From: a bacterium
GTDB taxonomy: Bacteria > Bdellovibrionota_C > UBA2361 > CALJRW01
Direction: 5' to 3'
DNA length: 64,000 bases
NCBI GenBank assembly: GCA_031385045.1
Contig: JANNBC010000016.1
Coordinates: 15,375 to 79,374 of the forward strand
Each line of letters starts with the position of its first letter. Positions within the stretch are counted from its first letter, which is position 1. The notes beneath the pieces were generated by a model. That model did no database searches. It saw nothing but the letters and a program-made list of their open reading frames with translations, and was not told where the DNA came from. The position numbers were made by a program, and so were the translations under genes. Shown here one piece after another: positions 19,059 to 29,949 of the stretch.

Positions 19059-21559
19059 GTTATTTTTCACTCAATAATTTTTGGATTTTGCTTTTAGTAA
19101 TTCCAACATTACTCTCGTTTTTTCTGTTAAAACAGGAAAAGAGTCTTCGCGTAAAGGTATTAGAAGCTCTAGCACTTCTAATGTTAGTCTTAGCCTTGGC
19201 TCAGCCTGTCACTAAGAAAGAAATTATCGCTAACGGCGTAATTGTAGCAGTTGATCGCTCTGCTAGCATTACTCCAGAACTAATAGCTAATTTTAAAGAA
19301 CGTCTAGCTAAGTTAGCTTTGCCGACAGACACTAAGTATCTTTCATTTGCTGGAGGCTTAGGGACTCTTGAGTCTAGTTTAAGTGATGCCTATCAAGGGT
19401 CAATTGATCAGCTAAAAGCCAGTAATTTTGAAAATTTAATTAATTATTTCCCACAGACACCACTCGTTCTGCTTTCTGATGGTCAAGAAAATTCAGGAAA
19501 TGCGCTCACTGCTTTACAGCTTCGGGGACGAGATGCCCCAGTCTATCCAATTGTCTTGGATGGTGAAGAGATTATTGCTGGCTTTGAAATTAAAAAATTA
19601 ACTGTCCCACTTTTATCTGATGCCGGTATTAAGCAGGATTTAAGTTTGTTGTTTAAGAATTTTACGGCCGGCCAAGTTTCTGGAAAAATTGTTATTAAGC
19701 AAGAAGATCAAGTCCTAAAGGAAGAAGAGAAAGAGTTATCTGCACAGGAAGTTTTAAATTATTCATTTACTACTAATGAGCTAAAGTCTGGCCTTAATAA
19801 GTTTAGCGTTGAATTTAAAGATGCTAATATTCTAATTGAACAACTTGTTTTTTATATTACAGGCAAAGAAAAAAATCAGGTCTTAATTCTTACATCTAGT
19901 CAGGCTGAAACCAAGATCCTAGAGCGAGCCCTAGTAGAGCAAAAATATCAGATTGTTACTCAAGATTCATCCCAGCAAGCTGTTGCCGTAGATGATTTAA
20001 GTAAGTTTCAAATTATTTTCTTAAATAATATTCCCTTCAAAGATTTGCCCAATAAATTGGTAGACTCGCTTACTACTTATCTAAAAGAGGGCGGAGCCCT
20101 GATGATGCTTGGTGGTAATAAAAGTTTTGGTTTAGGTGGATACAAGGGAACGATTGTAGAAGATGTCTTGCCGGTAGATCTACTTGAGCCAGAAAAAATT
20201 AAGCAACGAGTAAACGTGGCTGTTTCTTTGGTACTAGATAAGTCAGGGAGTATGCGTACGAGCCAGAGAATGGATTATACAAAGTTAGCCTCACGCTCCG
20301 TGATTGATGCCTTAAAAGATGATGACTACTTTGGATTAATTGGTTTTGATAATCAGCCTTTTATTGCCCTTAACATGCAACAGCTCACTGCTAGTAATCG
20401 AGATAAGGCTACCAAGCGTGTCGATCTACTTTTCCCAAATGGTGGTACAAGTTTATATCCTGCCATGGATGTTGCTAGGCAAGAGTTGGAATTAGCTAAG
20501 GCTGGCCGAAAGCATATGATTATTCTGACAGACGGACGACTACCAGATGAGGCTCAGCTAGGTACTAGTTATGTTAACTTAGCCCGAGAATTAAAAGCCA
20601 TAAATATTTCTGTTTCTACATTTTTAATTGGTTCTGATGATTCTAAGCTACTTAAAGAGATTGCTTCTTTTGGTGGTGGAACATTTCATCAAACAATGGA
20701 TGCTCAAAGTCTACCGCGATTATTTTTAGATGATGTGCGAATTAATACAGCTGAAAAAACTCAAAAAGAATTTTCTGAATATCCAGTTAAGAAGGATAAA
20801 AGCTCTGTTGGCCAAATAACTAAACTAACAGACTTCCCGAGTCTCTTAGGGTATGTCGAAACAAAGGTTAAAAAAGAAGCTCAGTTAGAGTTAGTTACTA
20901 CCGCAGTTAATGATGATCCAATTCTTGCTGGATGGAATTATAAAGGTGGGGGGCGGGTGGTCGCCTTCACTAGTGATCTTTCTGGACGTTGGTCAAAAAA
21001 CTGGATTGGATGGAAATCTATTTATGATTTTTTAGAACAAGTTTTAGCATACTTAACACCGACTCAAGATGGCAGATTGTTTTCTGATTTCGATTTTGAT
21101 TATTTGATTAAAGGGCAGAGATTACAACTTAACTTGACTACTTACCAAAGTGCTTTCCAAGTTGGTGATTTTCCTTTGCATATAACCTGGGCGGATAATT
21201 CAGAAGAAGATCTTAGCTTTCTTACTATCAATAAAGGATATTATCAGGCAGATCTGCAGGCGCCTGTTGCTGGCCTTGCAAAGATTAAGCTAGGAACTCC
21301 AGATGGTCGCGATCATCAGTTTATGATTGATATTCCCAATCCGGATGAAGTGGAAAAACCAATGGGAATTAACCAGGCTTTTTTAAGTTCATTAGCTAGT
21401 CTAAGTGGTGGCGAAGTTAATCCAACTGAAATCAAAGCTACTGCAACTGCTGAATCTAAAGTGGTCGAAAAATCTTGGCAGGCATTCTTTTTATTACTTT
21501 CCTTAGTTTTGATCCTAGCATCCATTTGTAGTCGTGAAGGAATTTTTTCTAGAAAATAA
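19055..21559 (+). CDS. von Willebrand factor A domain membrane protein (Bat-operon type, with a GATase1-like middle domain)
   Basis: MIDAS 'VLDKSGSM ... GGTSLYPAM ... ILTDG'. N-terminal double TM and a C-terminal TM. Start taken at the ATG overlapping the upstream stop (ATGA) rather than at 19001. Confidence 0.8.
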   Translation: MSYFSLNNFWILLLVIPTLLSFFLLKQEKSLRVKVLEALALLMLVLALAQPVTKKEIIANGVIVAVDRSASITPELIANFKERLAKLALPTDTKYLSFAGGLGTLESSLSDAYQGSIDQLKASNFENLINYFPQTPLVLLSDGQENSGNALTALQLRGRDAPVYPIVLDGEEIIAGFEIKKLTVPLLSDAGIKQDLSLLFKNFTAGQVSGKIVIKQEDQVLKEEEKELSAQEVLNYSFTTNELKSGLNKFSVEFKDANILIEQLVFYITGKEKNQVLILTSSQAETKILERALVEQKYQIVTQDSSQQAVAVDDLSKFQIIFLNNIPFKDLPNKLVDSLTTYLKEGGALMMLGGNKSFGLGGYKGTIVEDVLPVDLLEPEKIKQRVNVAVSLVLDKSGSMRTSQRMDYTKLASRSVIDALKDDDYFGLIGFDNQPFIALNMQQLTASNRDKATKRVDLLFPNGGTSLYPAMDVARQELELAKAGRKHMIILTDGRLPDEAQLGTSYVNLARELKAINISVSTFLIGSDDSKLLKEIASFGGGTFHQTMDAQSLPRLFLDDVRINTAEKTQKEFSEYPVKKDKSSVGQITKLTDFPSLLGYVETKVKKEAQLELVTTAVNDDPILAGWNYKGGGRVVAFTSDLSGRWSKNWIGWKSIYDFLEQVLAYLTPTQDGRLFSDFDFDYLIKGQRLQLNLTTYQSAFQVGDFPLHITWADNSEEDLSFLTINKGYYQADLQAPVAGLAKIKLGTPDGRDHQFMIDIPNPDEVEKPMGINQAFLSSLASLSGGEVNPTEIKATATAESKVVEKSWQAFFLLLSLVLILASICSREGIFSRK

Positions 21560-21711
21560 AATATCTAAATCTAATTATAGTAATGACAAAAAATAATTTA
21601 CGTTAGTAAATTAAACAGAGTTATTACGGCTAATGCAAATCTTGGATTCTTGTCAGGCCAAAGCATTTGCGGCGGCGGATATCCAAGTTTGCATAGCTAA
21701 AAACAACATAA

Positions 21712-21782
21712 ATAGTGAGTCCAAGCAAAATCGTTAGTTTTTAAAGTAATTTATTTCTTGGACTCACTATAATCTTTTTTTG
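21712..21782. terminator. 14-bp stem hairpin plus T-run between the convergent VWA gene and trxB
   Basis: ATAGTGAGTCCAAG (21712-21725) pairs with CTTGGACTCACTAT (21757-21770) and is followed by AATCTTTTTTTT. The 31-nt loop is atypical for a terminator. Confidence 0.5.
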
Positions 21783-21906
21783 AGTAGCATTAAAATTACT
21801 TGATCCTAAGCTAATGCTAGAAAATACATTTTTAACTTTCAAGATTTTCAAATCTGCAACATCCTATATAATATGAGAGCTACGCTGACGTTTATTAGCT
21901 CTAAAT

Positions 21907-22839
21907 TTATAAAGATTCTAGGTAGCGCTCGGCTTCGATTGCCGCCATACATCCACTACCCGCGGCAGTAATTGCTTGTCGGTAAACTTTATCTCGAACA
22001 TCACCACAGGCAAAAACTCCGGCAACTGTTGTTTTGGTGGAATCTGGAGCTGTAATAATGTACCCATCCGAGTCTAAGTCTAATTGATTTTGAAATAGTT
22101 GCGAATTAGGAACATGGCCAATCGCCATAAAGATACCTGTTAGCTCAAGTTCTCGCTTTGAATTATCTAGCGTGCTGGTTAAGATTACTTTTTGAAGTCC
22201 AGTTGGCTTTTCTCCAATTAGCTCGCTCACTCCACTGTTCCAAATCATTTCAATTTTAGGATTTTTAAAGACTCGATCTTGCATAATTTTTGATGCCCGT
22301 AATTGATCGCGGCGATGAATTAAATAAACTTTTTTGGCAAAGCGCGTTAAGAAAAGTGCCTCTTCGCAGGCTGAGTCACCACCCCCAACAACGGCAATTG
22401 TTTGTTCACGAAAGAATGCTCCATCACAAGTAGCACAAGTAGATACACCAAAGCCAATTAAGCTTTTTTCATTCGGAAGATCTAAGTAACGAGGATTCGC
22501 ACCAGTTGCGATAATTAAGGCATCGGCGGTGAATGTTTCCTCTGCCGTAATAATTTTATATGGACGTTGTAACAAATCAACTTTTTCAACTAATGTAGTT
22601 TGAAATGTACAGCCAAAGCGCTTGGCTTGATTTTCCATTTCAAGCATCAAATCAGGCCCTAGAATACCATCAACAAACCCAGGGTAGTTTTCTACCTCGG
22701 TAGTAGTTGTTAGTTGACCTCCTGGCATAGCACCTTGAATTAATAGGGGAGCTAAGTTAGCTCGTGCCGCATAGATCGCCGCGGTGTAACCTGCAGGACC
22801 TGAGCCAATAATAATAATCTCGAAATGTTTAGTAGTCAT
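21907..22839 (-). CDS. trxB: thioredoxin-disulfide reductase
   Basis: 310 aa. 'IIIGSGPAGYTAAIY', the redox-active 'CATCDG', and 'GGGDSACEEA'. Confidence 0.94.
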   Translation of the reverse strand: MTTKHFEIIIIGSGPAGYTAAIYAARANLAPLLIQGAMPGGQLTTTTEVENYPGFVDGILGPDLMLEMENQAKRFGCTFQTTLVEKVDLLQRPYKIITAEETFTADALIIATGANPRYLDLPNEKSLIGFGVSTCATCDGAFFREQTIAVVGGGDSACEEALFLTRFAKKVYLIHRRDQLRASKIMQDRVFKNPKIEMIWNSGVSELIGEKPTGLQKVILTSTLDNSKRELELTGIFMAIGHVPNSQLFQNQLDLDSDGYIITAPDSTKTTVAGVFACGDVRDKVYRQAITAAGSGCMAAIEAERYLESL

Positions 22840-22848
22840 ACCTATACG

Positions 22849-23556
22849 TTAATGATTCTTAATAAAATCCGCAAGGTAAGCGGGCAAGGGAGCAGTAAAA
22901 TCTATTTTTTTAGAAAATTGGTTTTTGGGAAGGCACAGACGATATCCATGAAGCAGGAATGAAGGAAAATTGTTGATCTGTAAATCAGTAAACGAGACTT
23001 GACTTCCATAAAGGGTATCGCCAATTAGTGGAATATTTAAATGTCCAGCTTGAGCCCGCACTTGATGTCGCCGACCAAAACTTGTGGTTGCTCTGATTAG
23101 AAAGATGTTTTTATTAATGATTGCTTTCTCTGGTGAATATAAAGTTTCGGCATAAAGTGATCTAGCAACGCCTTTTTCTAGGATTGATACTTTTTTACTT
23201 CCACGATATCGAGAGAATAGATAATTCTTTGCCCAGACTGGCTTGGCAAGTTTTTGATTACTTAATAGTAGGTACTCTTTCACAACCTGATGTTTCTTGA
23301 TTTGATCTTTAAAGAAATTAAAAGCTATAGAATTTTTGGCGACTAGCTGGCATCCCGACGTTTCAAAATCAAGTCTCTGAAGCAAGCCACCTTCATTATT
23401 AATTTTAAAGTTTTCTGGATAATCTTTTTTTAAAAAATCAGTAATTGTTAAATCTGTGTTTTTACCAGCTGTTGAATGAATTGCTGTTGGCTTATTAAGA
23501 ACTAGAATGCTTTCATTTTCAAAGATGATTTGATAGCTTGTATTTTTCTCTGACAT
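22849..23556 (-). CDS. RluA-family pseudouridine synthase
   Basis: 'LLQRLDFETSG' (catalytic Asp motif) and 'GRRHQVRAQAGHLNIPLIGDTLYG'. Confidence 0.85.
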   Translation of the reverse strand: MSEKNTSYQIIFENESILVLNKPTAIHSTAGKNTDLTITDFLKKDYPENFKINNEGGLLQRLDFETSGCQLVAKNSIAFNFFKDQIKKHQVVKEYLLLSNQKLAKPVWAKNYLFSRYRGSKKVSILEKGVARSLYAETLYSPEKAIINKNIFLIRATTSFGRRHQVRAQAGHLNIPLIGDTLYGSQVSFTDLQINNFPSFLLHGYRLCLPKNQFSKKIDFTAPLPAYLADFIKNH

Positions 23557-23568
23557 AAATTGACTATA

Positions 23569-24051
23569 ATGAAGAATTTAACTCTTAAGCAAGTGCTTCA
23601 AAAGTACTCCGAAGGTCCACAGACTGGAATTTTCACTGATGGTGGATCTCGTCCTAATCCCGGCCCAGGTGGGTGGGGCGTTGTTCGAGTGGACAATGGT
23701 GAGATTGTTAAACATCTTTACGGATCAGATCCAATGACTACTAACAATCGCATGGAGATGACGGCGATTATTAATGCCTTGAATTCTATTGAGCCAATGG
23801 AAGCAATCACGATTTATGCTGATAGCCAGCTTTGTATTAATACTTTAACAACTTGGGCGAAGTCCTGGGAGCGAAATGGCTGGAAAAAGAAAGGTGGAGA
23901 GATTAAGAATTTAGATTTAGTTCAAGAGGCCTACCAACTGTTTCAAAGTCGTCCAAATGTTCGCTTCGAATGGATTGCTGGTCATGGTGGATGGTTGTGG
24001 AATGAATATGTCGATTCACTTTCTGCTGCATGGGCAAGAGAAACATTATAG
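23569..24051 (+). CDS. rnhA: ribonuclease HI
   Basis: 'IFTDGGSRPNPGPGGWG', 'NNRMEMTAI' and 'W..GH.G...NE.VD'. ATG 23569 is preferred over TTG 23560. Confidence 0.9.
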   Translation: MKNLTLKQVLQKYSEGPQTGIFTDGGSRPNPGPGGWGVVRVDNGEIVKHLYGSDPMTTNNRMEMTAIINALNSIEPMEAITIYADSQLCINTLTTWAKSWERNGWKKKGGEIKNLDLVQEAYQLFQSRPNVRFEWIAGHGGWLWNEYVDSLSAAWARETL

Positions 24052-24061
24052 GTTTAGAGAG

Positions 24062-24940
24062 TTACTCTAGCTCGCGACATTCTTTAATAATTTTTTCTAA
24101 GTATTGATCAGCTTGCTCGGCATCTTTTGCTTTGCCTAATTTTTTTACTGCCTCATTCCAACTGCCTAAATCATCTTTCTTCTCTAGTAGTAGGTTTAGG
24201 CCAAGGCGAATATTGTAAATTGGATGGTATAAGCTAATTGCTCCCAAGAATGGTAGATCTATTTTCTTAGTAATTAGACGAGCTTCGTTCGGGTGAATTT
24301 GCAATAATCCCACTCGACCATCAGCACTCTCGGCATAACGATTAAAGCCAGATTCTTGACTGATTAAAATTGTTGTAATGATTGGATTAATCTTAACAGA
24401 TTGGCTTTCTGTAATGATAATTGTTGCTAGCTCTTCTGCATTTAAGTTAGCCAGTTTTCGGCTAGCAATAAAACTAGTAATGATTTTTTGATAGTTTTTT
24501 GTTTCATCAAATTCAAAAATCTGATTATTTTCTGGCGCAACTAAATCTATTGGCGTCTTTGCGTTAGTCTCTGTCGGTGGAGTTGTTGGAGTTACTTCCA
24601 CGCTAACATCAGATGGTGGTTCAACCTTTAGGGTGCTCGCTTCTTCCTCTAAAGCCTCAGCATCCTTTGTCGTAATATCTTTTGCTGGCAAGAAAACATC
24701 CGTTTCTTTTTTAAAGACTTTTTTAAATACTTCAGATTTTTCTAGCTCCTCAATCGATTTTTCCGTTTCGCTAAGAGTAGGATCTTCTGTGGTAATTTTA
24801 GGTGTAGAATCTTTTCTCTTCGCTAGAATCTTTACTGTTCCTAATACTAATGCTGACAGCACAAAACAAAATAAGCCTAACTTAATGATAACTTTAAGAT
24901 AAGGAATCGACTTATTTGGTTGATGCTCAAGCGAGGTCAT
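24062..24940 (-). CDS. membrane-anchored lytic transglycosylase (SLT domain)
   Basis: N-terminal TM helix. The SLT motif 'ISQESGFNRYAESADGRVGLLQI' contains the catalytic Glu. Confidence 0.75.
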   Translation of the reverse strand: MTSLEHQPNKSIPYLKVIIKLGLFCFVLSALVLGTVKILAKRKDSTPKITTEDPTLSETEKSIEELEKSEVFKKVFKKETDVFLPAKDITTKDAEALEEEASTLKVEPPSDVSVEVTPTTPPTETNAKTPIDLVAPENNQIFEFDETKNYQKIITSFIASRKLANLNAEELATIIITESQSVKINPIITTILISQESGFNRYAESADGRVGLLQIHPNEARLITKKIDLPFLGAISLYHPIYNIRLGLNLLLEKKDDLGSWNEAVKKLGKAKDAEQADQYLEKIIKECRELE

Positions 24941-24957
24941 TGGGACAATTCGGAGAA

Positions 24958-25821
24958 TTAAATTGTTTGCAGGATATTAATATCCTTAGAGCCAGAGTGG
25001 CGAATATACGCATTCTTCCAATTATCAGTTAATTTTTGAATTTTGGCACTGTAGCTTATGCTGATACTTGGAGGATTTTTCCCTTGTTTAACATTATTCG
25101 GTCCCCAGTTGTATGCAATCAGCATTTTATTGGTATTCCCAGAGAACATTTTCTTTAAATATTGGATATAGGAAATGCCTAGTCTAAGGTTAACAGTTGG
25201 ATTATCTAAGGTGTGCAGTCCTTTCCACTGGTAGTTAATTTTTCTGGCAATATATTCACCCGTTTTTGGCATGATCTGCATTAAGCCCCTAGCTCCAACC
25301 TTAGATCTAGCATGAGTACGGAAAGAGCTTTCCGAGAAAACCATCGCTGCTACAAAAAATGGGTCCTCATTTGCGATATAGCTCTCGCTAATAATTTTAA
25401 AAGCTAGTTCTTCCGGGTTAGAAATATCATATTTAGTTTTGCTAATAATTTCTTCACTAAAAAATGCAATTAGCTTAGCAAATTCAATTTGAGCCTGATG
25501 ATCTCCCGGTATATATACTGTCGGAGTATGACGGGAGATAAAGCCAGTGTTTAGTGTAAAATCTTCCCAGTAGTTATCTTTAGCAAAAATTTCTAATGAG
25601 GATGAAAGTTTATTATTAACTGCCATTGGTATAACGCAGATAATTAAACTGGCAATTAGTAAGAAGCAGCCTAAGAGGCTGAGATCTAGTTTAGTAATCT
25701 TAGGTTGGTTGGAATTATCAGCTTCTATTAATAATAGCTCTTCAACAACTAATTTATCATTAATAAAACCTGCTAACTCCATATAATAACATCGGATTTT
25801 GAATAGTATTTGCTTCAGCAT
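24958..25821 (-). CDS. membrane-anchored lytic transglycosylase (SLT domain)
   Basis: 'VFSESSFRTHARSKVGARGLMQIMP' and 'AYNWGPNN'. Several possible starts, including 25821 and 25782. Confidence 0.8.
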   Translation of the reverse strand: MLKQILFKIRCYYMELAGFINDKLVVEELLLIEADNSNQPKITKLDLSLLGCFLLIASLIICVIPMAVNNKLSSSLEIFAKDNYWEDFTLNTGFISRHTPTVYIPGDHQAQIEFAKLIAFFSEEIISKTKYDISNPEELAFKIISESYIANEDPFFVAAMVFSESSFRTHARSKVGARGLMQIMPKTGEYIARKINYQWKGLHTLDNPTVNLRLGISYIQYLKKMFSGNTNKMLIAYNWGPNNVKQGKNPPSISISYSAKIQKLTDNWKNAYIRHSGSKDINILQTI

Positions 25822-25902
25822 AAGTTTTCTAGTAAAATCAAGTATTTGTAACTACAATCGAACTTCAGAAAGTTAGATGACCCTTTTTGCACACCTAGAT
25901 TC

Positions 25903-27774
25903 ATGAATTATTCAGTTATCGTTATCGGAGGAGGCCATGCCGGAGTTGAAGCGGTTGCTTCCGCTTGTCGACTAGGAGCAAAAGTAGCCTTAGTAACTCT
26001 TCGAAAAGAGGGCATTGGGCAGATGTCTTGTAACCCGGCAATAGGTGGTTTGGGAAAAGGACAGCTAGTTAAGGAAGTTGATGCGCTTGGCGGTTTAATG
26101 GGCCAAGCTATTGATAATACTGGAATTCAATTTAGAATTTTAAATTCTAGTCGAGGCCCTGCAGTACAGTCTTCTAGGGCACAGGCTGATCGTAATCTAT
26201 ATAAAGCGGAAATTCAGCGACTTCTTAGCCTCCAGCCTAACCTAGATATTATTGAAGGCGAAGTTGCCGAGATCTTAGCGACAAATAATAGTGTCCAAGG
26301 GATTGTTCTTAAGGATGGAACAAGGCTCAATTCTTCAAACATCGTTCTAACTTCCGGCACTTTTTTACGTGGCTTAATGCATACTGGTTCAGAAATCACA
26401 GCGGGTGGAAGGCATGGGGATGTCGCTTCCAATAATTTGAGTGATTCTTTAAAAAATTTAGGGTTTGAGCTTGGTCGACTAAAGACGGGTACCCCTGCAA
26501 GACTTAGACTTTCCTCAATTGATTTCTCTAAAACAGAAGAACAGGCAGGGGATCTAGTTCCACAACCATTCTCCATGCTTACTAAGCAAATCCAACAAAA
26601 ACAAATTTCTTGTTGGATTACGAATACTTCAGAAGCAACTCATGAGATCATCCGTGTTAACAAAGAGCGTAGTCCAATGTTCAATGGTCAGATTAAATCT
26701 GGCGGGCCACGATACTGTCCATCGATTGAAGATAAAGTTTTTAGATTTACAGATAAAGACAGTCATCACGTGTTTTTAGAACCAGAAGGTTATACTTCCG
26801 ATATTGTTTATCCAAATGGAATTTCCACAAGCTTGCCACTAGATGTTCAGGACAAATTCATTCGTACAATTCCTGGATTAGAAAATGTTGAAATTATTGT
26901 GCCTGGATATGCAGTCGAATATGACATGGTAGATCCACGAAATTTAAAACCAACTTTAGAAACTAAATTAATTTCGGGTTTGTTTTTTGCAGGTCAGATT
27001 AATGGTACTTCAGGTTATGAAGAAGCTGCTGGGCAAGGTGTCGTCGCGGGAGCTAATGCCGCACTGCGCTCTAAGGAGCGATCGCAGCTAATACTTTCTC
27101 GTGCGGATGCCTACATTGGCGTGATGATTGATGACTTAATTAGTAAAGGTGTTGATGAGCCATATCGTATGTTTACCTCTCGTGCTGAATATCGATTAAT
27201 TCTAAGAGAAGATAATGTTACTCTAAGACTTTGTCCCTTAGCTAAAGAGCTTGGCCTACTATCAAGTGTCGCCATTAATCGCTTTCGGGAATTGCGAGAA
27301 TCTTATGTCACACTAGATGCCCATATCGAACAAGAAAGAATTTCACCAAAGCGACATCAAAAATTGATTGAAAGCCTGCCCGCTAATAGTGAAGTTAAGG
27401 TTGGGACGAAGGTTGCCGATTTAGTACGTCGACCAGAGTTAAAACTAGCGCAGATCTTAGAATATTTTCCAGAGTGGGGAATATTTCCAAATCAGATTAT
27501 TACAATGGTAGAAACTCAATTGAAATTTTCTGGTTACATTAAAAGACAAGAGTTGGAGATCGAACAATTAAAAAAAGCTGAGCGACAATTGATCCCAGTA
27601 AGTTTTTCCTATGAAAATGTTTCTGGTTTAAGAGAGGAGTTTAAGCAGAAACTATCGAAAGCTCGTCCACACTCTTTGGGACAAGCAATGCGGATACCTG
27701 GCATGACCCCAAGTGCCGTTAGCCTACTCTCAATTAGCCTTAAAAAGACATCAACTCAAGAAGTTGTTGCTTAA
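25903..27774 (+). CDS. mnmG: tRNA uridine-5-carboxymethylaminomethyl modification enzyme MnmG (GidA)
   Basis: 623 aa. '[13 protein letters not shown]' and '[21 protein letters not shown]'. Confidence 0.97.
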   Translation: MNYSVIVIGGGHAGVEAVASACRLGAKVALVTLRKEGIGQMSCNPAIGGLGKGQLVKEVDALGGLMGQAIDNTGIQFRILNSSRGPAVQSSRAQADRNLYKAEIQRLLSLQPNLDIIEGEVAEILATNNSVQGIVLKDGTRLNSSNIVLTSGTFLRGLMHTGSEITAGGRHGDVASNNLSDSLKNLGFELGRLKTGTPARLRLSSIDFSKTEEQAGDLVPQPFSMLTKQIQQKQISCWITNTSEATHEIIRVNKERSPMFNGQIKSGGPRYCPSIEDKVFRFTDKDSHHVFLEPEGYTSDIVYPNGISTSLPLDVQDKFIRTIPGLENVEIIVPGYAVEYDMVDPRNLKPTLETKLISGLFFAGQINGTSGYEEAAGQGVVAGANAALRSKERSQLILSRADAYIGVMIDDLISKGVDEPYRMFTSRAEYRLILREDNVTLRLCPLAKELGLLSSVAINRFRELRESYVTLDAHIEQERISPKRHQKLIESLPANSEVKVGTKVADLVRRPELKLAQILEYFPEWGIFPNQIITMVETQLKFSGYIKRQELEIEQLKKAERQLIPVSFSYENVSGLREEFKQKLSKARPHSLGQAMRIPGMTPSAVSLLSISLKKTSTQEVVA

Positions 27775-28095
27775 TAAAGTTCTTTAAGGAACACTTTTCG
27801 ATCGATATCAGGCAAGTTTTATCTATCTTAAAATATTTTCAATTAAGTATTTGAAATCATTAAAAAGATATAAAGTTTATCAAATCCCTTAGACTCAAAG
27901 TTAAAAATCAAATTTTTGATTATGGCAAACTCCTGTAGCAAGGTCCGAGTGGTGAAAATTAAATGCCTAAAAAGTAAAAATAACTTATTGCAATTATTTT
28001 TTAACGATGTATGTTACTGGTCAGATTCAGGAGCTACATGTCCAGCTTTGAATCCGGCCAATATTATTGTTCTTTTTTCGCTAATGGAGAATTAC

Positions 28096-29928
28096 ATGCC
28101 AAAATTTCATCAGAAATTTACTCTAAAAAAAATCTCATGTTTGATTTTTGCCCTACTTTTATCAATGCCAATTCAGGTATTTTCTGAAGCAGCAGAATCA
28201 TCAAAAAAACTAAGCTTTGAATTTAATGACACGAAAGAGTCAGTATTTACAGCTAAATCTGAAGCCGACGTCGACTATCTTTTTGAAAAATCAGCTAGTA
28301 GCGAGTATGTTTTAACTCTTAAAGACACTCCACTTCCGGAAGGTCAAGAAGAGTCAATTCTTGCTAAAGATACTGAAGCAGACATCCGTTCAGTTCGTTT
28401 TGTTACTAAAGGTGACGATCTTCAATTAAGATTCTTCACTAAGCCAAACGTTTTTCTACAAGCTAACCAAAATAAAGGTTCTATAGTTGTGGGCTCTGCG
28501 CTTAGCGAGATTGCTCCTGCTGATGTAATGGCTCAAGCTAGTGAAGTAGAGCTAGAAGGCGAAGTCACTGGTAAGTTTGAAGAAACTTTTAATGAAGGCT
28601 TTGACTCCAAGTATACTGGCCGACTAATCTCTCTTGATTTGCAAGATACAGATATCGATAACGCTCTAAGGATTATTGCTGAAGTTTCTAACTTAAACAT
28701 CATTGCTAGCGAAGATGTTCGTGGAAAAGTCACTTTAAGACTTCAAGATGTTCCTTGGGACCAAGCTTTGGATGTAATTCTTAAAACTAATGGATTAGAT
28801 TTAGTTCGCGAAGGTAATGTTGTTCGTATCGCTCCACTAGAAAAGTTAAGAGCTGAGCGCGAAGCATTAAAGCAAGCCAAGCAAGCAGAGGAAGAGTTAG
28901 AAGCATTAAGAGTTCAGTATCTAAGAATTAGCTACGCACGCGCTTCTGATTTACAACCAATGATTGAAAGCATCCTAACTGAAAGAGGAAGTGTAGCTTT
29001 TGATGAAAGAACTAACCAGTTAATCATTAAAGACATTTCTCGCGGTCTTACAAATGCTCAAAAATTAGTGGAAAAGTTAGACTTGAGAACTCCTCAGGTT
29101 CTAATCGAAGCTCAAATTGTTGAAGCAACAAGAACGTTTACAAGACGTCTTGGTAGCCAAGTTGGATTTAACTTCTTAAGAAGTCCAGATTTAGGAAATG
29201 CACTTCCATACAACTTCCCTAACTCTTTAGAGATTGGTGGTTCGGCTGTATCTCCTAGTGGTCAATCGAATAATAACGTATCTGAATTTGCTAACGGTGA
29301 ATCTTCAGCGTTAAGCTTTCTATTCGGTAGCGCAGATGGAACTAAGAACTTAAGCTTCCGCTTAACTCAAGCTGAAGAAGAAGGTATTGCTAAGATTGTT
29401 AGCCGTCCATCTGTTGCTGTTGCTAACAATACTCCTGCTGAAATCAAGAGTGTTAGAAAGTTAAGAATTAAACTTCCAGCCGGCGGTGGTGTTAACATCG
29501 GAGTAGGTGCTGGTGCTGCAGGCGGTGGCGGTGGAAACGTTGCTACTGAAACAATTGAAGTTGGTATCGTATTAAACGTTACTGCTCAAGCATCACCTGA
29601 TTACTTTGTTCTGATGGACATTAAAGCCAAATCAAGCTCAATCGGTACTTTTGATATTGAAGGGGTTCCGGAAGAGTTGGAAAGATCTGCTACTTCTAGT
29701 GTTCTAGTATCAAGTGGCCAGACTTTTGCAATGGGTGGTATTTATAAAATTGATGAGACTAACGGTGTCAATGGTGTGCCTTTCTTTAAGGATATCCCAG
29801 TACTTGGTCACTTCTTTAGAAGCTCAACAACAATTGATTCAGATCAAGAGTTGCTGTTTTTCTTAACTCCTCGAATAATCGAAGGTAGTTTTGATGACGC
29901 AGCTTTAGAAACAGAGTCAGAAGTATAA
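28096..29928 (+). CDS. pilQ: type IV pilus secretin PilQ (AMIN domain, secretin-N domains and secretin domain)
   Basis: 'DIDNALRIIAEVSNLNIIASEDVRGKVTLRLQDVPWDQALDVILKTNGL', and C-terminal 'GVPFFKDIPVLGHFFR'. Start chosen at ATG 28096, which is preceded by GGAGA and begins a signal-peptide-like sequence. The ORF track starts at 27916. Confidence 0.85.
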   Translation: MPKFHQKFTLKKISCLIFALLLSMPIQVFSEAAESSKKLSFEFNDTKESVFTAKSEADVDYLFEKSASSEYVLTLKDTPLPEGQEESILAKDTEADIRSVRFVTKGDDLQLRFFTKPNVFLQANQNKGSIVVGSALSEIAPADVMAQASEVELEGEVTGKFEETFNEGFDSKYTGRLISLDLQDTDIDNALRIIAEVSNLNIIASEDVRGKVTLRLQDVPWDQALDVILKTNGLDLVREGNVVRIAPLEKLRAEREALKQAKQAEEELEALRVQYLRISYARASDLQPMIESILTERGSVAFDERTNQLIIKDISRGLTNAQKLVEKLDLRTPQVLIEAQIVEATRTFTRRLGSQVGFNFLRSPDLGNALPYNFPNSLEIGGSAVSPSGQSNNNVSEFANGESSALSFLFGSADGTKNLSFRLTQAEEEGIAKIVSRPSVAVANNTPAEIKSVRKLRIKLPAGGGVNIGVGAGAAGGGGGNVATETIEVGIVLNVTAQASPDYFVLMDIKAKSSSIGTFDIEGVPEELERSATSSVLVSSGQTFAMGGIYKIDETNGVNGVPFFKDIPVLGHFFRSSTTIDSDQELLFFLTPRIIEGSFDDAALETESEV

Positions 29929-29949
29929 TTTTTCTTGGAGATATATCAA

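Noticed and set aside
27916-28095. N-terminal extension of pilQ (ORF track start 27916), and similar extensions at 7469, 19001, 33524, 34599, 38595 and 47382
   Set aside because: The extensions lack signal-peptide logic and overlap upstream genes or intergenic DNA. Internal ATGs with Shine-Dalgarno-like sequences give canonical N-termini.
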